Assembly (NCBI RefSeq): GCF_001194135.2
Contig: NC_068982.1
Location: 6,283,617 to 6,347,616, forward strand
DNA: 64,000 nucleotides
Reading direction: 5' to 3'
Source: Octopus bimaculoides
Taxonomy: Eukaryota
Part shown: piece by piece, positions 24,961 to 36,562 of the stretch
Position numbering within the stretch: the stretch's first letter is position 1
Layout: each line of letters begins with the position of its first letter
The notes under the pieces: model-generated
Seen by the model: only the letters and a program-made list of their open reading frames with translations
Told to the model about the DNA's origin: nothing
Databases searched by the model: none
Translations under genes and position numbers: made by a program

Positions 24961-26434
24961 ATCAAACTGCTTTGCACTTCATAATCTTCAATGCATCCAT
25001 TCCGATTTATGATGCTAGGGAAGTGGCAGAGATAATTTTATATTTGAAAGAAGCATTGAATTGTGCTTAATCTAATTAGAATATGTTGCAAAAATAATTG
25101 TAAAGGAATGCAATAAATATATTTCATTGCCTATATTGTTAAAATGTAATTTATAATATCAAAGAAATAAAAATCTAAATTGGCATTTTAATGACTTTTA
25201 AACATGATATGAGTATACGAAGCAATAGGACCAAACAATCGTGGTACATATTTGTCTCTGTTTGCCAAAATATTCAGATGCAAAATTTGTTTCTTCTGAT
25301 ATTTCTGCAACATTTTATGAAGATTAGACTAAATATAAAACAATTTAATCAAAAAAATAAATATTTAAATGCAAAATCCAGGCTTATCCCGGAGTTGCAT
25401 TTAAGAGACTCACATATATATCTTCGTGTAACTTTAGGACCGCAAATTTATCAGCCAACCGCATGGGTGAGATCTGAGGAAGATTTGGATGCTCTTTATA
25501 ATAAATTGGATTTCTTCGTGGACTCATTTTATAACAGTATTAAAGGAATGAGTAAGATGCTGATTAAAATGTCTCGCAGTATTTCAATACATGTTACTAC
25601 GTCATGAATTACAATCCACCCAAAGGCGATTTAGACTTTCATTATTCCATGCTGCACAAATGAGTAGCATTCATATACTAAAGAATTTGTCATATTATAT
25701 CCCGAGTTAAAAACCTCTATAAAACAGTAAACTTCTCACAAAATACAGGACAAACGAAGATTTTACTTGATGTATCTATAAATACTTTGAAAATTTTACC
25801 CTATGACAAGCGATAGTTCAGTTAGTATTGGTATATTTGGAAGAGATCACTAAAATTATAACCAGAATGAATTATGTGGTGAAAATAATAGAAAAAACAA
25901 ATATTAGCCACTGGCAAATACTTCAATCATTTCGAAAAGTGTAAACCTTGCTAATGAGATAAAATTAACAATAACTTTTAACAGGTTAACTTTTTTAAAG
26001 GTCATAATAGCACCAAATACTAATGAGATTATAATAATACCAAGCGATAAGCGAATAAACATTACAAGATTAACTTAAAACAGTTTATTTTTTGAAATTT
26101 TCTATCCATGTATCAAATTAAAATATGACAAAATGTTGCAAGAAAAATGGTATGATACACTATTTACAAAGAAGAGAATAAAACGTTCTTAGGCATGGAA
26201 TGAAATAAGTCAGTGACTAAAACCACCGCATGGCACAAAAGTTTTTTTTTTTAGATAAGAGTTATTTTTTTAGTTTTTTTTTTATGAACATGAAATCCGT
26301 TTTGCTCCGTTTCGTCTATGTTTTTGTCTACAAGACTCCTCATCTGCTACATTTGCAGAAAAAAAGTGTCTAATCTTGCAAATATACCATGTAATTTATT
26401 AATGTATTAAACTACAATTAATGGAATCAACGTC

Positions 26435-26812
26435 GCACTCCGTCGATTACGACGACGAGGGTTCCAGTTGATCCGATCAACGGAACAGCTTGTGCATGAA
26501 ATTAACGTGCAAGTGGCTGAGCACTTCACAGATACGTGTACCCTTAACGTAGTTCTCGGGGAGATTCAGTGTGACAAAGAGTGTGACAAGGCTGGTCCTT
26601 TGAAATGCAGGTACAACAGAAACATGAAGAAAGAGTGAAATAAAGTTGTGGTGAAAGAGTACAACAGGGTTCGCCACCACTCCCTGCCGGAGCCTCGTGG
26701 AGCTTTAGATGTTTTCGCTCAATAAACATTCACAACACCCGGTCTAGGAATCGAAACCGCAATCCTACGACCACGAGTCCGCTGCCATAACCACTGGGCC
26801 AATGCGCCTCCA
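26435..26812 (-). mobile_element. SINE family C
   Basis: Reverse complement of 1314-1677. Confidence 0.9.
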
Positions 26813-26849
26813 CTGTTTTGGAATATCTCGAAGCACACACACAAAGCAT

Positions 26850-27073
26850 AAATAAAGGTTTCCAATTTCGGCACAAATATTTCGGATATTTCGAAGTAGG
26901 GGTATTGTGAATTACATCGACCGCAGTATCCAGCTGGTACTTATTTTATCAACACCGGAAGGATGAAGGACAAAATCAGCCTCTGTCAAATTTGAAACCG
27001 AAACATAATGTTGGAAGAGATGCCGCTAAGCATTTTGCTCGACGTGCTAACAGTCCCGCCAACTCGCCGCCTT
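26850..27073 (-). mobile_element. SINE family A (older)
   Basis: Reverse complement of the family A consensus. Confidence 0.8.
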
Positions 27074-27129
27074 TACAAGGCATAAATATAAGTCCTGTAA
27101 ATACTGTTTTCAGCGTAATATTTTCCCCT

Positions 27130-27335
27130 TTTTACTTTATCGAGGCATCATCCAGTCAGGCTGTTTCCCCAGGCAAACCTGACCACCTCTCTTTATCCCT
27201 CCCGATCTTCCATTAATGCTTCTAGGTTTGCAACTTGGCATCCAACATCTTCTGAAAGCCGTTCTATGTACGTCTTACACGTCTTCCAACCGTTGTAGTA
27301 CCATGATTCGGTGTCCACAGCAACACATTACTCAC
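27130..27335 (-). pseudogene. RTE-like LINE 3' end
   Basis: VLLWTPNHGTTTVGR and KTYIERLSEDVGCQVANLEALMEDREG*REVV match the RTE C-terminal pattern LWxPxHG..GRP..TYI..L..D..M.DR..WR. Confidence 0.75.
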
Positions 27336-28516
27336 AAATTCTTGTGCCTAATATTTACACATTACTTATAACTTTATGTGTGTATTTTAAGATATTCCAA
27401 ACCAGAATTATTTCACTTTCTCTCGAAAGTTCATAACATTTTTATTCATATTTTAGTTTCTGGGATGCTCTCTATTGATATCATTAAGCTAGAGAAAAAC
27501 AGGCAATTATTATTTATAAAACCATGATACTATCAGTTCAAAACATTACGGCTCTGAATATCACAGAAAAATTAATGTTTTCATATATTTATGAAGGTGA
27601 TATTCCATATGGTGCACCTGATATGTACTGGAATTCTTATCGATTACGCCAGAACTATTGCATAATTACGATATTCCTTCTGTTGTGATAACAATATATC
27701 GTTATTGACATTTTCCCAAAATCTAAATTTAAATGTGGCACATATCAAGTTGTACGATCTAAAAGATTGTATGCGACATATATTCATCAATATGTCACTG
27801 ACAAATGAAACATAAGATATAGCCATTCAGTATCTAAACAGGATTCTCCTTCGATTATTGATAAACATTTATTTTTCAGTAACAATTATTATTCTGATAA
27901 GAATGTTATTTTATTCCGTTCTTAGATTCCGTCGTTGGGTTTCGTCTAGATTAGGGCTTCGCCTTCAAGGATTTTAGTCAGATATATCTACGCTAATATT
28001 TCTTTTAGCCTCTACTTTATAGATCTGTAGATTACCGCATCGGTATGTTACAATGTTCCATAGAATCATGTCTCCGACACCAAGCATAAGCACCACACAT
28101 GCATGCACACGCACACACATACAACATACATAAACACATACATATGTATTCGTAAACACACACAGATGATGGAACTGGAACTCTGTGTTTGCCTTAGGGA
28201 ACGTCTCAGCCACATGGCTATGCATGCACCATTTTTGATCACGTGATAATGCGTTGTTACATTTCAATAGTGGCTTAAATTCCGCTTTACTTTACTAATT
28301 AGACATTTTACAAAGCTATTAACTGAAAACTTAAAATGACGAGAGCTATGAATTGAACCTAAGGCTGCGAATTGTATTGGGTTCTGCAAATAGGACAAAA
28401 AATTAAAGTATCTTGGATGACATACGACATACATACGCAAGCGTACACACGCACTCACACACGTCGACACGCACACATATATTTATATATGTATGTCATT
28501 ACTCAGTTTTATTAAT

Positions 28517-28730
28517 GCGGCGTGCTGGCAGAAATGTTAGCACGCAGGGCGAAATGTTTAGCGGTATTTTGTCTGTCTTTACGTTCTGAGTTCAAATTCC
28601 GCCGAGGTCGACTTTACCTTTCATCTTTCCGGAGTCGATAAATTAAGTACCAGTTGCGTACTGGGATCGATGTAATCGATTGGCCCCCTCCCCCAGAATT
28701 TTGGGCCTTGTGCCTCGATTAGAAAAGGTT
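28517..28730 (+). mobile_element. SINE family A (tail type 2)
   Basis: GAGTTCAAATTCCGCCGAGGTCGACTTT body; GGCCCCCTCCCC tail. Confidence 0.92.
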
Positions 28731-28869
28731 ATTCAGGTTTTATTTCAAGATTTCTTGCTAATATCCTAGATCCAAGGCTCCCCTCATTGGAATTTCAACA
28801 ACATCAACAGGGTATTTTTGTATGTATACGTGCAGATTTATATGCTTTGTTTTATGTATGTACCTTCAT

Positions 28870-29499
28870 TCATGTATGTATCTTGGCGATCTTGGGCGAG
28901 GAAACATTCAAGAAAACCGACTGGATTTGCTTCAAAAAGTGCCAAGTTCACCTGCGACATGACCAGCCTGGTGTGCTTTTGATCCGGCGTCAAAAGTTGT
29001 GGCACCAACCGAGCTGAAACCTTCGACATGCCAAGTTCGTTATGCAAAATGTTCTCAATTCGTTCACGGGAGATGCCTACAGTATTAGCTATCTGATTAA
29101 CATTTAAACGTCTGTCATTCATCACCATGTGGTGAACACGGTCGATGTTTACTTGGGTGGTGACTGTGGCAGGACGTCTGGACCTTGGGTCATCTTCAAT
29201 TCAGCTGCCCACTTTTGCATAGTTGATAATACTGGAACTTCAACCCCTAATGTCCTTGGGGGCTAACCCCTTTTTCTGCAGATATTTCGTAACATCACGG
29301 TGCCAAATTTTATCCATTTTCACGAAATGTCTCTAGTACCAGTTTCCCAAGTCCTCAATTCCGTATCCAATGTGGGTTTTTCTAGAACGAAAACATACAT
29401 TTAGCATCAGTAAAGATTGAATTTAATGCATGCCAAGTTTAATTACTGTATGATAATTCTTTCATAGTCATCCTATGATCTTTCCAGCCCACCCTAGTA
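28870..29499 (-). mobile_element. mariner element 5' half: TIR plus decayed transposase
   Basis: Minus strand TA-CTAGGGTGGGCTGGAAAGATCATAGGATGAC (TIR-like, 29467-29499); MDKIWHR.. begins at 29317; MVMNDRRLNVNQIANTVGISRERIENILHNELGMSKVSARLVPQLLT. Confidence 0.88.
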
Positions 29500-30233
29500 T
29501 AAACACAGAATGAAGTACTTCCTTCCTTCACTAGTAGAAGCACCTTCTTAGAATCTAAAGCGATATCCAAATAAGGGTAACATGAATTTTCGGCAGCACA
29601 GGTTTTCATTTCACCTTCCCTTTTCAAATAGTGTTTCTCAAGTAATGTTTCATGAATTTTAAATAATTTCCCATATATAGAAATCTCTCCAAGATGGATG
29701 AACCTTTAAAAAAAAAATCATCTGAAACGAAATCAAGTTTTATACCTTTTATTTGATCCTCACATCTATGCACAGCTGCACTGCATTACGAAAATGCTGA
29801 GTGGATCAAGTTTGCCTTTAATGGAATAATTATCCCCGAAAATGACTTGGAATATGTTTTTAAAGTAAAGGCGTTCTATTTTGGTTTCAGGGCATACATT
29901 CATTCTGCATATATATCAGTGTTCTGTAAGATTTGTAATATGCCACTAAGGCAAAATGTGATATGAAGAGATAATAGTGTATGACGTGAAAAAAATATAA
30001 GTAATAAAGACCTATCCCTTTAAGAGTTTTCCTCTATCCCTACCAAACCATTATTTGGAACACATAAAGAAGATAATTAGGGTTCGTATTATTTAGTAGC
30101 AAGGACACAGTATTTAGTTTTGCGACCATACTATTCTACCACGTATATTAATATTTTACAAGTCAATATTGAGCTTTACTTGTGTGTTAGCAGTGCGTTG
30201 TCTTCATTTTTAATTTTATCTCCACAGATTTTC

Positions 30234-30645
30234 TGCAGGAGCGGCTGTGTGGTAAGTAGCTTGCATACCAACAACATGGTTCCGGGTTCAGTCCCACTGC
30301 GTGGCAGCTTGGGCAAGTGTCTTCTACTATAGCCTCGGGCCGACCAAAGCCTTGTGAGTGGATTTGGTAGACGGAAAGTGAAAGAAGCCCGTCGTATATA
30401 TGTATATGTATATATATATATATGTGTGTGTGTGTGTTTGTGTGTCTGTGCTCCCCCCACCCCCCATAACATCGCTTGACAACCGATGCTGGTGTGTTTA
30501 TGTCCCCGTAACTTGGCGGTTCGGCAAAACAGACCGATAGAATAAGTACTAGGCTTACAAAGAATAATTCCTGGGGTCGATTTGCTCGACTAAAAGTGGT
30601 GCTCCAGCATGGCCGCAGTCAAATGACTGAAACAAATAAAAGAGT
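30234..30645 (+). mobile_element. SINE family B, full length
   Basis: Same structure as 21568-21956. Confidence 0.92.
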
Positions 30646-32092
30646 ATCTCTACAGAGTTTCAATCTTTACAAATTTTCTCTCCACAAACGCCTTGCATTC
30701 GTGGATTGTTGCTGGGTTGGATGTGGTGCTGATAAAAGAGTAATAACTCTTAAAGTACACCCGCTAACTATTTTTTCTGTCTTCGATCGCATTGTTTACA
30801 TAGACGTATTCATATAAGAAACAGCATAACATTCAGCGCTGCCTCTGAACTCTATAGAAAAGCAGGTGGAGATAAACTTAAAAATTAGGGTTCTGTCCGA
30901 ATGTTCCAGAGTGTGATAATTAGAGCATTAGAAATATTATCTCCAACCTACTCCAATTGTTATACTTGACGTTGGTCTATTGAATTTCTTTATAACAGTT
31001 TCACTTCATATCAATTCAGTAAATCAGAATATTCCGAACTTCCCAATAGTTAATTCTTCAAACAACTGGATACGAAATGAATTTTCACACGTGAGCTTCT
31101 ATCCTGCCCTTTTCACCTACATGCAATTGCACACAGGCATATATTTTAACAAAGAGATACATCCACAAGAACATACAGGCGGAAACATACGGCACACGGA
31201 CACGATGATATATACATCAACCATAGCAAATAAACACTGACGCATAAACAAACACACACAGACGATGTAATAGTCATGAAGACATACAACCACATTCAAA
31301 GACAGGAATAAGAAATGTTACCCGAAGAGTCACTCTGTGGCGAAATCAAATTAGTTGTAATATAATTAGATGATATAAAGATTATAATAGCAATGTGTAT
31401 GTATATCTTGGTATTATTAAACGGATAACAGATCGTTACATAGCGTCTACTACTTTAGGTTTGCCATTTCACTCGCACACGTATATACGTCGTTCTTTCT
31501 CTCAGAGTGTGTGCCTGTGTGCATGTGTACACGTATGCCCGTGCATGTGTGTGTCTGTGCATGTCTTTTGCAGCCGTAGAAGACTCAGACCATATTATTG
31601 CCAGCAAAATGACACATGAAAATAACTTTGGCTTCAGTTTTCAAGAGCAATTATTCAAAAGAATATGAAATAAATTGCTTAGCAGTCTTAAAATCAATAA
31701 TCTATTGGATTTCAAATAATTTCTTGCAAAGAACACATTCTATTCATTATTAATCGAGAATATTAATTTCACACGTTGAAATATTTTGCAGTAAAAAAAA
31801 AAAAAAAAAAAGAAACGAAATTTAAAACTATAAGAAGGCGAATTGAAAAATAGAGATTTTTTCCCCCCGATTAACATTTTACGGAGAAGAAAATTCCAAT
31901 TCTTTGTTAAATTACCTCACTTATTCTGTTTTTGAAACTCTTCCACTGAATTATATCACATGTATTCACACACGCACGCATAATATCATCATCATCATCA
32001 TCATCATCNNNNNNNNNNNNNNNNNNNNNNNNNNNNNNNNNNNNNNNNNNNNNNNNNNNNNNNNNNNNNNNNNNNNNNNNNNNNNNNNNNNN

Positions 32093-32140
<48 letters not shown>

Positions 32141-32204
32141 GTATATACACACACGCACACATATATATACACACATGCATACACACACACATACATACAC
32201 ACAC

Positions 32205-32235
<31 letters not shown>

Positions 32236-32298
32236 TATATATATTTCATATCTGTCTGTTTGTTTGCCTGTCTCTATGTATATATGCATGTATCTATG

Positions 32299-32330
<32 letters not shown>

Positions 32331-32733
32331 CTTATGATTACACATGTCTGGTGTGCGTGAAGGAAAATAATAGCAAAAGATTTATAAACATTCATACACA
32401 CACCACACAAACACACAACCGTATTTCAGATTTCGCCACGAAAAAAGTAAAGCTAAAAAAAAAACCTATTGAAACGTATAACGAACAAGTGATTTGTACG
32501 ATGTCCCTTTGTAAAAAGATTCTATCAAATATTTTGACTGGTCACCTGTCTAACTGGCAACTAAATTTAATGAAGATCGGGTCATCGAAAAGCACCCCAA
32601 TTTTAATGCATCAACTAAAATGAGGTTGCCTGAGAAAGTGTCTTCACATTAAACGAAATAAGATCAAGCAAAAAAAAACATAATAATTAGAATATGAAAC
32701 TGATGATCATCGCAACAATAGTTCTATTTTGTA

Positions 32734-32812
<79 letters not shown>

Positions 32813-33289
32813 TAAAGTAAAATTTAGAGGTAATACTTGACAATTGTAAGCACCTGTGTATGCCAGCTCGTGTTTGAGGTGAAAGAATAAATTGTTTATA
32901 TATATATATATGTATATTATTCAAAAGAATTCCAACTCTCTTTTTTTATGTTTTATTTATATTCTTATAATATTAATGTAGGATATAGAATATATAGTAT
33001 ATGTGTGTGTTGGCACCCCGTCGCTTACGACGTCGTGGGTTCCAGTTGATTTCGGCTGGTTATACTCGAGATTGCTCCAGTCTGGCTAATATACGGCAAG
33101 AAGAAAATGGAGGGGATCCAGAGGTAGTATGCATCAACTGTTAGACATTATATTATCTCAATTTATTTATTTTAAACAATTATGAGAATATATATACATG
33201 TGTAAAGATTGTTATACATAAATAAGTACCAGTAATTTCTAGAGTAGAGAAAGAAGAACAGTTTCTTACAGCGTCGTATATTTATATAG

Positions 33290-33518
33290 GCATACATGTT
33301 TGTGTGTCCATGTTTGTCTCCTCCCCCGCCACCATTGCTTGACAACCGATGCTGGTGTGTGTACGTCCCCGTAACTTAGCGTTTCGATAAAAGAGACCGA
33401 TATAATAAGTACTAGGCTTACAAAGAATGAGTCCCGGGGGGGGGGGCGATTTGCTCGACTAGAGGTGGTACTCCAGCATGGCCGCAATCAAATGACTGAA
33501 ATAAATAAAGGAGTAAAA
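33290..33518 (+). mobile_element. SINE family B, 3' half
   Basis: GACAACCGATGCTGGTGTG..CCAGCATGGCCGC. Confidence 0.88.
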
Positions 33519-34198
33519 GATAGATATATATATATATATATATACATATATACACATATACATATACATACATATACAGAGAGAGAGAGAGGGGGAGGGA
33601 CGGAGAGAATGACATGAACTATTATGTACTGCGTTCTCTACAATCTGAGTTCAAATTGACATTATTTGCCGAAATGAATAAAAACAATTTGCACCAGTTA
33701 TGCACTGGATGTATTTTGATAGGCTACCATTCCAATTGTATGTGAAACATTGTGCAAATATTAGAAATCAATGTTCATCATTTAATGTGGAAGAGCGCAT
33801 TCAGCCAAATCGCTGCAGCACCGGACAACCCATTGAAACATCCGCAATTTAATATCCTCTCATCGATAATTCTTTCGGTTTCCTAGGATTTGTAATTGTA
33901 ATCATAAACTGAAAAGCAAACTCATAAATTATGTCACATGCCGCATGACGAATTGTGATGTGACATTTCGAAACTCACCCTTCATCTCAGAGAACAAAAG
34001 TAAATTACTTTATACGAATGGATAGTACTGAAAATGTATTATGTATAAAGAGATGCTGAAGAGAGGGAGAGAAAACATACAAAGCGAAGCTTGTCATAGG
34101 TAGCAGAGCGTGGACGTATATGCTCTTTATAGTTCTAATTAGTTACTAACCCTATATGCTGGAATATTTCACTATGAAATAATCAGGTAATTCAACCG

Positions 34199-34263
34199 AA
34201 ATACTCATTTGAAATACTCCTTTTAAATACTCATTTGAAATACTCCTTTTAAATACTCATTTG
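34199..34263 (+). repeat. 26-bp tandem repeat, 2.5 copies (13-bp subunits)
   Basis: AAATACTCATTTG-AAATACTCCTTTT alternating. Confidence 0.9.
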
Positions 34264-35459
34264 GACGTTGCGTTTTTATATTCCATTCCTCTCAACAAAC
34301 CTGTAGAATTTGCAGATTAACAACTGTCTAACAAAAGTAATCATCTTTTAAAATGTCAGGACGTTAGAAACATTTAAATTCCTTCTGAAAATATATCCGA
34401 AATTAAATAAATATTGTAGAGTGAAGAGTGGTATAATTTTGTGCAGAAGTGAAAGGGAACATGGCATGAAGCTACGTAATCGAATACTGAGACACGTCTG
34501 AATTCAAAGAATATAGGACTGGTGATAGTTACGGTGAAGGGGTTATCGGGTAACAGTTGGACACCTCTTCATTGCAAGTAATAATACTTGAATATAATTC
34601 ACAGTCAACCAACTTTTTGAGAGGATCTTTGCGTAAGATAGTCTCAAATTTTATGTTGATGTCACGAACGTGGCACCGATGTTAATGAAAGTGTCGAGAG
34701 CTTCATATAAACGCGGTTATGTTCGAATATTTGGCTTTACGATAACAGTATTAGTCGTTACTGAACAGGGAGGTAAACTTGCTGCATAATGCGATGAAAG
34801 TGATGTACAGAGTCAATATTTCTCCTCAAACTAATAAATATTACTCGTTCAACTGCTACTATCAGCGATTTAAGCATTTTGATGCTTTGCAATTGAAGTA
34901 ACATGAATAGTAATATACTGAAGTCGATTCACTTCCCTGTAAAGTTTCTGAACAGTTGTGTGACTGACAAAGCCACTATACTTACGCCCAATATTGTGTA
35001 GTTACACACACAATCATACATATATACATACATATCTACATACATACATACATACATACACACGTATGTATTTGTATTATAATATCTATCTATCGATTTA
35101 CATATCTATCAAACTTTCTCTTCGTCTCCCCCTTCACCCCCACTCTCTCACTCTCTCTCTTTCTATATATATATATGTATGTATACACACACACACACAC
35201 ACACATATGATTTTTAAAGAAGATAACAAACGTTAAGGCAAAACAAACATCTCAAGTCATACATTATTGTTATTGGAAAAATATTTCGAAGAATTACAGT
35301 TGTTTCTAGGATGTCCCAGAGTATGGAATATTCCATCATGGGAAACAAATAGGGAAAATGAGAAGGGTATAGATTGATGAAATGATGACATAGCGGTCAG
35401 GAGAGAAGGAATACGGAGATAAAGAAAGGGAAGGAAAAAGTGGCATTAAAGTTCACAAT

Positions 35460-36130
35460 TCAACTTCCCGATATTGTAGAAGTAAGTTCGTAAACAGACG
35501 CAAACATATCAACTTTCAATAACAGAATGTTAACGGAGATAAGTAGTAAGGGCTCACCCATAACTTGTAGTTCTACAGCCACTGACCTTAACCAGAACGG
35601 ACACAAGCACTTACTACTAGATTTCCTCTCCAAGCACTTACTACTAGATTTCCTCTCCAAGCACTTACTACTAGATTTCCTCTCCAAGCACTTACTACTA
35701 GATTTCCTCAATAGTGACTACATGAATACCACTATCACCTATTATTCTCTTTAAATTCCTTTCATTTCACTTTATTCTGTTTACTTTGTTCTTTTTACAT
35801 TATCTTACTTTACCTCCTCTCTCCTTATTTACCCTTATATGTTTATTCATTTATTTATCTTCTTGGTTATTTTTATACACTATGTTCTTAGACGCTATAT
35901 CTTTATATACCTTATTTTATCCTTAACGCCAATCCTTAATTTCCTCCCTCACTCTCTCTACTCCTAGTTCTAATTACTCATTTTTCTTTCTTTTTACCAC
36001 TTAATAGCCATTCTGCTACCATTCTGTTATTGAACGTTGATATGTTCGTGTCTGTTTCTGGATATTTACACTATCAGAACTTTAACCTACATGGATTTAC
36101 ATAGGATTGCACCTAAGGACTTTTGGACTT
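35460..36130 (+). mobile_element. Possible PLE ORF end and pyrimidine-rich 3' UTR
   Basis: ISTFNNRMLTEISSKG loosely resembles LNKRxEIxSKC; followed by a long C/T-rich tract. Confidence 0.3.
35605..35709 (+). repeat. 27-bp tandem repeat, ~3.9 copies
   Basis: Unit AAGCACTTACTACTAGATTTCCTCTCC, identical copies. Confidence 0.97.
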
Positions 36131-36132
36131 AC

Positions 36133-36365
36133 TTCTATATGTTATTTACATAATTTACATTTGATGGATATTTGTCCGCCTTTTGTTTGTTGTTAACACA
36201 ACGTTTCGGCTGATATCCTCTCCAGCCTTCACCAGGTGTCATGGGAAAATTTTCAACCGGGGTTCTCATTCCTAAAGTATTTTAGATCTTGTTATTATTA
36301 TTATTATTGAGGTCACTGCTTGGAATCGAACTCGGAATCTTGGGGTTAGTAGCCTAGTAGCCGCC
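36133..36365 (-). mobile_element. Single tRNA-headed SINE-like unit with HHR tail (family 1)
   Basis: Minus strand: partial tRNA head with B box GTTCGATTCC, then (AAT)n, body, HHR and TGTAAATTATGTAAATAA tail. Confidence 0.7.
36195..36240 (-). ncRNA. Minimal hammerhead motif, family 1 (A6G)
   Basis: Reverse complement reads gacac-CTGGTGA-a-ggctg(gagaggatat)cagcc-GAAACGTT-gtgtt; perfect 5-bp stem II. Confidence 0.55.
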
Positions 36366-36369
36366 CTAT

Positions 36370-36562
36370 TATCCAGAGTTCTTGTCCGGTACAGGATCGA
36401 TCGCAAAATCTAAACGGTTCCTGCCAGTCACGAGGCCAAACATCCCTGAAAGTTTCATCAGAATCCATCCAGCAGTTCTTGAGATATCATGTCGATGGAC
36501 AAACGAACAAACAAACGCGACTGAAAACAATACCTCCACCTTAGTGAAGGCAGAGGTAATAA
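36370..36562 (+). mobile_element. 3' end of a Helentron-associated (HINE/DINE-1-like) non-autonomous element
   Basis: AAGTTTCATCAGAATCCATCCAGCAGTTCTTGAGATATC, a short ACAA repeat, then terminal hairpin TACCTCCACC-ttagtgaa-GGCAGAGGTA and (AAT)n. Confidence 0.45.

Noticed and set aside
33930-33965. ATGTCACAT..ATGTGACAT 9-bp inverted repeat
   Set aside because: Too short and AT-rich to be significant in 64 kb.
36451-36460. Minus-strand CTGATGAAAC
   Set aside because: The core words overlap with no stem II; part of the HINE-like repeat.
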